From NCBI GenBank assembly GCA_016186765.1, contig JACPLD010000002.1, positions 110,386 to 174,385 of the forward strand: a stretch of DNA of 64,000 bases. Direction: 5' to 3'. The translations under genes and the position numbers were made by a program. This stretch comes from Candidatus Kaiserbacteria bacterium (lineage in GTDB: Bacteria; Patescibacteriota; Minisyncoccia; Phycocordibacterales; UBA2100). The first letter of the stretch is position 1. The number at the start of each line of letters is the position of its first letter. Below, piece after piece: positions 57,477 through 64,000 of this stretch. The notes beneath the pieces were generated by a model. That model saw only the letters and a program-made list of their open reading frames with translations, was not told the origin of the DNA and did not search any database.

Positions 57477-58067
57477 ATGGAGCCTCACACACTTTTATTT
57501 TTCGGCTCGCAAGGTGCGGGGAAAGGCACCCAGGTGAAAATGCTTGTCGACTACCTGCGAGCGAAGTCTGAACGGGCGGTGGTGCATATCGACATGGGAC
57601 AAGAGTTGCGGGATCTTCGCGATACCCGGACATACGCGGGCAAGCTGACTGGTGAGATCATCGATAATGGCATACGGATTTATGATTTTATGGCGATTTA
57701 TCTGCAGACGAAGAAGCTGGTGGACGCTTTTACGGGCAAGGAACACATCATTGCCGACGGACTGGCGCGAGGCGACGATCAGACGCGAGCGTTCGATGAC
57801 ATGATGCAGTTCTTCAAGCGCGACACCTCTTTCCAAATTATCAATCTTGTCATCTCTGACGACACCGCCGTTAAGCGTCTTCTCGCGCGCGGGAGAAATG
57901 ATGATACAGAAGAGGCAATACGCAGACGTCTTGCATGGACAAAAACTGACGTGTTGCCGCAACTCGAACTTCTGCGAAACCGCGGTCGTGTGGTCCATGA
58001 GATCGATGGAGAGCCCGACGTCCAAACAATTCACAAAAGTATTCTCTCGGCACTCGGTCTTGCATGA
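57477..58067 (+). CDS. adk: Adenylate kinase family nucleoside monophosphate kinase (short LID)
   Basis: GSQGAGKGTQ, DG..R...Q, RGRNDD.EE.I.RRL; secY-adk-map synteny. Confidence 0.85.
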   Translation: MEPHTLLFFGSQGAGKGTQVKMLVDYLRAKSERAVVHIDMGQELRDLRDTRTYAGKLTGEIIDNGIRIYDFMAIYLQTKKLVDAFTGKEHIIADGLARGDDQTRAFDDMMQFFKRDTSFQIINLVISDDTAVKRLLARGRNDDTEEAIRRRLAWTKTDVLPQLELLRNRGRVVHEIDGEPDVQTIHKSILSALGLA

Positions 58068-58834
58068 TAGCGAAGACGCCGGAAGAGATCATGGTTCTGC
58101 GTGAGGGAGGTCATAGACTTGCGCGGCACGTGCGAATGTTAAAGGAGATGGTGGCACCTGGTGTATCCTCATCGTTTCTTGAGACTAGGGCCCGCGAAAT
58201 GGTCGCGCGAGACGGGGATGAAATGGCGTTTTTGGGATACAAGGGGAAGAAGGATAAAAAAGGATTCCCGTCGGGCTTGTGCGTTTCAGTCAACGACATC
58301 ATTGTCCACTCTCCTGCGGGGCAGAATGGAAAAGTGATCGAAGAGGGCGATGTTGTCTGTCTCGATTTCGGCATCCGGCACCAAGGACTCTACACGGATC
58401 ATGCAGTAACAGTGATTGCCGGAAAGGCGAAGAATCCTGACGATGAAAAATTAGTGCACGGGACTCAAGAGGCACTCGCCGCGGGGGTTGCAAAGGCGCG
58501 CGTTGGGAATACAACGGGCGACATCGGTTATGCTGTCGAGAAGGTAGCCGAGAAATATGGGTTCGGTTTTCCTCGGAATCTCTCGGGCCATGGTGTTGGC
58601 AAGCGGGTGCACGAGGAGCCGCACGTCCCTAATTTCGGCAAGCCCGGGGAAGGAGAGAAGTTGGTAGATGGAATGGTAATCGCTATCGAGCCGATGATGA
58701 CACTCGGAAGTGGCGAGCTCTATGTTGATGCTGACGGCCACTCGTATCGCACCAGAGACGGCTCTCGTACCGCACATTTCGAACATACGATTTTGATAAC
58801 GAAAGACGGTCCCGAAATCCTCACGAAGGAGTAG
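58064..58834 (+). CDS. map: Methionine aminopeptidase type I
   Basis: CVSVND.IVH, GHGVG..VHEEP, AIEPM, AHFEHT. Confidence 0.97.
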   Translation: MIAKTPEEIMVLREGGHRLARHVRMLKEMVAPGVSSSFLETRAREMVARDGDEMAFLGYKGKKDKKGFPSGLCVSVNDIIVHSPAGQNGKVIEEGDVVCLDFGIRHQGLYTDHAVTVIAGKAKNPDDEKLVHGTQEALAAGVAKARVGNTTGDIGYAVEKVAEKYGFGFPRNLSGHGVGKRVHEEPHVPNFGKPGEGEKLVDGMVIAIEPMMTLGSGELYVDADGHSYRTRDGSRTAHFEHTILITKDGPEILTKE

Positions 58835-58848
58835 GGTAGAATACGTCC

Positions 58849-60123
58849 ATGACAGTGGACGTTTTGCTCGTTGGCGGCGGCGGAAGAGAGCACGCGCTGG
58901 CGTGGAAAATCGCTCAATCGCCGCGGCTAGGGAAGCTCTACATCGCGCCGGGGAACGGCGGGACGAGACTCGTGGGCGAGAACATTTCAATCGGCGTGAT
59001 GGAATTCGAGAAAATTGCGCAATTTGTAGAAGAAAAGAAGATCGGTCTTACCATCTGCAGTATGGATAATCCGCTCGTTAGTGGCATCGTCGATTTTTTT
59101 CAAGCGCGCGGACTTCGCATCTGGGGGCCGACAAAAGTGGCGGCGCAGATAGAAGGCTCGAAAGCGTTCGCAAAACAACTCATGCGCGAGGCGAGCATTC
59201 CAACGGCCGACTTTGCGGTATTCACGAATCACGACGAGGCTCTGCGATATGTGCATGAAAAGGGCGTGCCCGTCGTCGTAAAAGCAAGTGGTCTTGCGCT
59301 CGGAAAAGGTGTTTCCATATGCCGCACATTGAGCGAAGCTGAAAGCGCGCTCAAAGAAATAATGTTAGACAGAGTTTTTAAGGACTCCGGCACGGAAGTT
59401 GTGATCGAGGAATATCTTGATGGAGAGGAGTTATCGATCCATGCGCTCTCGGATGGAAAGACGCATGTGCTCTTTCCCGTCTCGCAAGATCACAAGACGA
59501 TAGGAGAGGGAGACACAGGGAAAAACACCGGCGGCATCGGTACTATTGTGCCTGTGCCATGGGTTTCCGCCGATACACTAAAAGATCTCGACGCACGAGT
59601 CGTGAAGCCCACGCTCGAGGCGCTTGCCGCGCGGGGGGCCTCATTTGCCGGCATTCTCTATCCCGGGCTCAAAATGTCATCGCAGGGTCCGAAAGTTCTC
59701 GAATTCAACGCCCGCTTCGGCGATCCCGAAGCGCAGGTGTACATGCGACTCCTGAAAACCGATATTCTCGATCTTTTCGAAGCATGCGTCGATGGCACGC
59801 TCCAGCGGCAAACAATCGAATGGGAGACAGGCTTCACGATCAACATCGTCCTTTGCTCTGGCGGCTATCCTGATGAATACAAAAAAGGATTTCCTATCAC
59901 GGGCATCGAAGAAGCAGAAAAGCTTCCTGGTGTTGTCGTCTTTCACGCGGGAACTACATTCGATGGCACACTTAAAACATCCGGCGGACGCGTTCTCGGC
60001 GTATCTGCCGTTGGTGCGACGCTCAAAGAAGCACTCGACCGTGCGTACGAAGCAGTCGAAAAAATCAATTTTGAAGGCAAATACTTCCGCCGCGACATCG
60101 GCGCGAAAGCACTTGCCGCTTAA
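58849..60123 (+). CDS. purD: Phosphoribosylamine--glycine ligase
   Basis: GGGGREHAL, GLALGKGV, NTGG.G, EFNARFGDPE, FHAGT, GGRVL. Confidence 0.97.
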   Translation: MTVDVLLVGGGGREHALAWKIAQSPRLGKLYIAPGNGGTRLVGENISIGVMEFEKIAQFVEEKKIGLTICSMDNPLVSGIVDFFQARGLRIWGPTKVAAQIEGSKAFAKQLMREASIPTADFAVFTNHDEALRYVHEKGVPVVVKASGLALGKGVSICRTLSEAESALKEIMLDRVFKDSGTEVVIEEYLDGEELSIHALSDGKTHVLFPVSQDHKTIGEGDTGKNTGGIGTIVPVPWVSADTLKDLDARVVKPTLEALAARGASFAGILYPGLKMSSQGPKVLEFNARFGDPEAQVYMRLLKTDILDLFEACVDGTLQRQTIEWETGFTINIVLCSGGYPDEYKKGFPITGIEEAEKLPGVVVFHAGTTFDGTLKTSGGRVLGVSAVGATLKEALDRAYEAVEKINFEGKYFRRDIGAKALAA

Positions 60124-60176
60124 GCATTTCGCGCCAGTCCCGCCATACTGCATACTTCATACGCTATACTTATTCC

Positions 60177-63047
60177 ATGCCTCCAATGTCAATGGAGCAA
60201 AAAGCCCGTGTCCCGCTGGAGTCGCTGCAAAAATTCAAATCTCCCGAGGAGGAGCTGAAATATTTGCGTGAGCGGGTGAAGGAGAAAGAGGCAGAGCTTG
60301 AGGCCACACCGAATCGTTTTGAGAGCGATCGCATCGCGAAGCGCGAGGTCGCGGAGTACGCGCAAGTGCCGCAGGCAACCATTCTTCACGAGGCGTATGC
60401 AATGCCAGAGCATGAGACAGTGCGCCACATGTTGAAACTCGAACCCGAAACGCACGACGTACAGATAGATGAACTTTTAAAGATCGTTTCGGAGCGGGGC
60501 ATCAGAAATGCGCTCGCCGTGTGCGCAAAACTGAAAAATGCCCACCTCGAAGACGATTTTCACCGAACACTCGTTGCCTACATCGCCGAAGGACTTCCTG
60601 AGAAGGGGACACCCCCACCGCAGAAAATCCGCCGCGCGCTCGACCTCGTACTTTTTATGATAGATCCGCAGGCGCACGGCGAGCGCGAGAAGCAAGACAG
60701 TAGTCAGCACCGCCTCGAACAGATCCTTTCCTCGTCAGAACAACTCTACGCGGGGCTTGTCTCACTCATTTCCTCGCACGAAGGATTCTCCCTTGAGATC
60801 GCGGTGCCCGAGGGCACAGAAGCTGCGATCCTCTACCTCGCGGTGCCACGGCAAAAGAAAGATCTCGCCGAGCGGCTCGTAGCCTCTGTGTTCCCCAACG
60901 CGCGCATCGAAGAAGAGCGCGGTGACTACAACATTTTCAACTATGAGGGCTACCACGCGGCTGCCGTAGCGACTCTTGCAGATACACCCGCGTACCCGCT
61001 CAAAACTCCCGAGATGTTCGAGCACGACCCTATGAACGTGCTGCTCGCGGCGTTCGCGAAGATCGCGAAACACGGCGAGGGTGCCGCGCTCCAGATCCTG
61101 GTTGGTACTGAGGGTGAGCGCTACAACCTGCACTACAAGAAGATGATCCGGCGGCTCGAGAAGGGAAAGATGCTCCATCGTGCGCTCGGCGTGCCGGAAA
61201 CCGCGATTGGCGAGATGCTCTACGATTTTTCGCACATGGCGTTCAAGTCGGAAAAACAGCTCCAAGCGGAGAAGGACCGCGCCTTCAGGCGGCAAGCAGA
61301 CAAGGTCGCCTCCGAGGAGATAGAACGGAAGATCAAGAGCCGTATTTGTCCTACTATCATCCGTCTTGCCGCTTCTGCTGCGACAAAAGAGCGCGCGAAC
61401 GCCATTTTGGAAAACCTCATCGCGCCGTTTAATCAGTACGACGATCCGAAGGGAAACCATCTCGTATTCAAGAAGGTGTCGAACTGGCACTCGAACTCGT
61501 TCCTGCGCGATTTTACGTACCGAATTTTTGATCATTCTCTCGCGATACCGCTTTCGCTTGCCGAGATAACCTCTATCTTCCACTTCACGGCCGAGCGCGT
61601 GCACACCTCACGCGAGCTCAAACGAAGCTTCGCAAAGCAAGCGCCCGCGCCGGTGGAGATGCCTCTCGGTGGCATCGTGCTCGGCGTCAATCGCTACGGC
61701 GCAGAGGAGCGGCCGGTGCACTTTGGGGCGACTGATCGTCTCCGCCATTGCTATGTGATAGGGCAGACCGGCACCGGAAAGACGGGACTTTTGAAGAACA
61801 TGATCATTCAGGACATCAAAAACGGAGAAGGCGTCGCCTTTGTCGATCCGCACGGCAACGACATCGAGGATGTACTCGCAGCAGTTCCGGCGGAGCGCGC
61901 ACAAGATGTCATCTACTTCGATCCTGCCTACACCGCGCGCCCGATGGGCCTCAACATGCTCGAGTACGACAGGAGTCGGCCCGAGATGAAAACCTTTGTT
62001 GTTGACGAAGTGTACGGCATCTTCCGGAAGCTCTACGCGGACGTGCCGGAGGCCTTTGGTCCCATGTTCGAGCAGTACTATAGGAACGCCGTGCAGCTTG
62101 TGGTCGAGGATCCCGATACCGGCAGCACGTTCGTAGAGATCCCGCGGGTGTTTGCCGATACCGCGTTCCGCAACCTTAAGCTCTCGCGCTGCCAGAATCC
62201 AATTATCGTGCAGTTCTGGAAGAAAATCGCTGAAGCTGCGCAGGGAGATCCTAGCTTAGAGAACGTTGCGCCCTACATCACCTCGAAATTCGACGTCTTT
62301 CTCACCAATGACATCATGCGGCCGGTCGTATCGCAGGAGAAATCGGCATTCGACTTCCGCAATATCATGGACGAACGGAAGATTTTTCTCGCGAATCTCT
62401 CAAAGGGTCGCCTCGGCGACAGGAACACTTCACTTCTTGGCCTCATCCTCGTCTCGAAGTTTCTGCAAGCCGCATTCTCGCGCGTCGATACGAAGGGCGA
62501 GCTTCCGGTTTTCTATCTCTATATCGACGAGTTCCAAAACTTCGCCACACCCTCGATCGGCACCATTCTCTCCGAGGCCCGCAAATACAAGCTCTCTCTT
62601 ACGATAGCGCACCAATTCATCGCGCAGCTCGATGAAAAGATCCGTGACGCTGTGGTGGGGAACGTCGGCACGAAGGCGGCGTTTCGCGTCGGCACGACCG
62701 ACGCCGAGTTCCTCGAAAAGCAGTTCCAGCCGATTTTTAGTCAGCAGGATCTTGAAAATCTTCCGAATCGCCATGCCGTCTTGGCGCTTCTTGTAAACGG
62801 TGTCCCTGCGCGGCCGTTCTCGATTCAAACCGAGAATCTGCCGCCCTTTGACTACAGCAAAGTTCCCCCGCTCAAAGAGCTCTCCTATCAAACCTATGGC
62901 CGCGATCGCGAGGAGGTGGAAGCCGAGATGCGCAAGAAGTTCGAGGCAAGCTATGGTTCGACGAGCTCACCACAAGTGGCCGTGCCCGCCTCGGATCTCG
63001 GCGGTGCGCTCGCTGGTCTCCCCGACCCCACGTCGCTGTACCAGTGA
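60177..63047 (+). CDS. VirB4/TraG/HerA-like P-loop ATPase with long N-terminal region
   Basis: RHCYVIGQTGTGKT Walker A, DPHG, LYIDEFQNF Walker B, SEARKY.L....AHQ..QL. Confidence 0.88.
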   Translation: MPPMSMEQKARVPLESLQKFKSPEEELKYLRERVKEKEAELEATPNRFESDRIAKREVAEYAQVPQATILHEAYAMPEHETVRHMLKLEPETHDVQIDELLKIVSERGIRNALAVCAKLKNAHLEDDFHRTLVAYIAEGLPEKGTPPPQKIRRALDLVLFMIDPQAHGEREKQDSSQHRLEQILSSSEQLYAGLVSLISSHEGFSLEIAVPEGTEAAILYLAVPRQKKDLAERLVASVFPNARIEEERGDYNIFNYEGYHAAAVATLADTPAYPLKTPEMFEHDPMNVLLAAFAKIAKHGEGAALQILVGTEGERYNLHYKKMIRRLEKGKMLHRALGVPETAIGEMLYDFSHMAFKSEKQLQAEKDRAFRRQADKVASEEIERKIKSRICPTIIRLAASAATKERANAILENLIAPFNQYDDPKGNHLVFKKVSNWHSNSFLRDFTYRIFDHSLAIPLSLAEITSIFHFTAERVHTSRELKRSFAKQAPAPVEMPLGGIVLGVNRYGAEERPVHFGATDRLRHCYVIGQTGTGKTGLLKNMIIQDIKNGEGVAFVDPHGNDIEDVLAAVPAERAQDVIYFDPAYTARPMGLNMLEYDRSRPEMKTFVVDEVYGIFRKLYADVPEAFGPMFEQYYRNAVQLVVEDPDTGSTFVEIPRVFADTAFRNLKLSRCQNPIIVQFWKKIAEAAQGDPSLENVAPYITSKFDVFLTNDIMRPVVSQEKSAFDFRNIMDERKIFLANLSKGRLGDRNTSLLGLILVSKFLQAAFSRVDTKGELPVFYLYIDEFQNFATPSIGTILSEARKYKLSLTIAHQFIAQLDEKIRDAVVGNVGTKAAFRVGTTDAEFLEKQFQPIFSQQDLENLPNRHAVLALLVNGVPARPFSIQTENLPPFDYSKVPPLKELSYQTYGRDREEVEAEMRKKFEASYGSTSSPQVAVPASDLGGALAGLPDPTSLYQ

Positions 63048-63496
63048 GTATGAGTAAATATAGAAGTCTCGATGAACAGTACATTCAATTCATTGTCAAA
63101 GAATACAAACACTGGACGTTGCTTCTTCACGATGATCAGCGCTATCTCGGCCGTGCCTACGCATGGCTAGTACGGGAGGGCAACATGCAGCGACTGTCGG
63201 GGGTTAAGGACGACGAGATGACGGAACTAAGAATTCTTATGCGCGAATATGAGGGTATGCTTCGGAAACTTTCCCAACCGGATTTTATGAACTACTCTTG
63301 GCTGGCGAATATGTTTCAACAACATGGCGGCCATGGACACATGCACCTCATTCCGCGATACGAAGAGTCAAGAACGTTTGCAGGCATAGAATTTGTCGAT
63401 CAACGATGGGGAAAGAATCCATTGCCCTCTGAAGAGTTCAAACTCCCAGAGGAGATTCTTTTTCAACTTAGGGATACTATTCGCGCCGGGATATAA
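63044..63496 (+). CDS. HIT-family protein
   Basis: DQRYLGR, HGHMHLIPRY histidine triad. Confidence 0.8.
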   Translation: MSMSKYRSLDEQYIQFIVKEYKHWTLLLHDDQRYLGRAYAWLVREGNMQRLSGVKDDEMTELRILMREYEGMLRKLSQPDFMNYSWLANMFQQHGGHGHMHLIPRYEESRTFAGIEFVDQRWGKNPLPSEEFKLPEEILFQLRDTIRAGI

Positions 63497-63554
63497 AATC
63501 CCGGAGGTTTGACCTCCAGATACAACTTTGGCGCGGTATGATATAGTGCTTCTT

Positions 63555-63737
63555 ATGACTACTACGCAGATACAAAAGATACAGAAAATCGCGACAGAGA
63601 GTGCTTCGCTCGCGAAGAGGGCACTCCGAAAGAGCAATGAGCTCGAGGCATATTTGAGCTTGCTTGAGTACAGGGCGGGCACCACAAGAGCGTACAAGTC
63701 AGTACGGGAGTTGTTCAGAAAGATCAAGAGGACATGA
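63555..63737 (+). CDS. Putative antitoxin
   Basis: Small ORF overlapping the toxin start (ATGA); C-terminal G..RAYKSV.ELF pattern typical of RelB/DinJ-like antitoxins. Confidence 0.65.
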   Translation: MTTTQIQKIQKIATESASLAKRALRKSNELEAYLSLLEYRAGTTRAYKSVRELFRKIKRT

Positions 63738-64000
63738 GGAAAATCCTTGCCACTCCGCGCTTTGAGCGCAGATTGGAACGGTTTCTTGAACACCATCCTG
63801 ATTTGGAACAAGCAGTCGAAGAAGCGATGATGCTTATTGTTTCGGATGACGCAGATTCATTGCGGGTCCATGGGCTTAAGGGAGTTCTTAAGGGCTGTCG
63901 CGCTGCGCGTATCTCATACGAGTATCGGATCGTGTTCGTGCTAAAGAGAAAAGCAGTCTGCTTTGTCGATATTGGGATGCATGACGATGTGTACCGTTAG
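63734..64000 (+). CDS. RelE/YafQ-family mRNA interferase toxin
   Basis: T.RF.R, LRVH.L.G.LKG, YRIVF, DIG.HD.VY. Confidence 0.85.
   Translation: MRKILATPRFERRLERFLEHHPDLEQAVEEAMMLIVSDDADSLRVHGLKGVLKGCRAARISYEYRIVFVLKRKAVCFVDIGMHDDVYR

Overview
This is chromosomal DNA from a Patescibacteria (CPR) bacterium, most likely Parcubacteria. That assignment is inferred from gene content: rpmD is absent between rpsE and rplO, trigger factor is short, ComEC is split, there is a pilB/pilC/pilin cluster, there are large Cys-rich surface proteins, and TGA is used as a stop. The window holds a Xer-type recombinase, xth, a CCA-adding enzyme, 4 tRNAs, yraN, HU, rny, clpP, tig, ppa, nusA, type IV pilus genes, tpiA, pgk, recJ, RNase HI, mscL, comEC, sod, the str-S10-spc ribosomal cluster through secY-gmk-adk-map, purD, a VirB4/TraG-like ATPase and a RelE/YafQ-type toxin-antitoxin pair. 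The most striking observation is orphan, diverged duplicate ends of essential genes: the fusA 3' end, the rpsJ 3' end (18/18 aa identical, about 70% nt) and the rplX 5' end. They sit in an operon whose junctions are filled with integrase-free accessory genes, which suggests gene capture anchored on conserved genes. Several families of 20-95 bp palindromic elements occur between genes, in frame inside rpsC, rpsQ and tpiA, and inside two of the orphan gene ends. Also seen: two highly structured ncRNA-like regions sharing an AGGAC motif, parS-like and DnaA-box-like sites around yraN, widespread leaderless promoter architecture, heptamer repeats before start codons, and unannotated microproteins. 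All calls come from reading the sequence by eye; no database searches were run.
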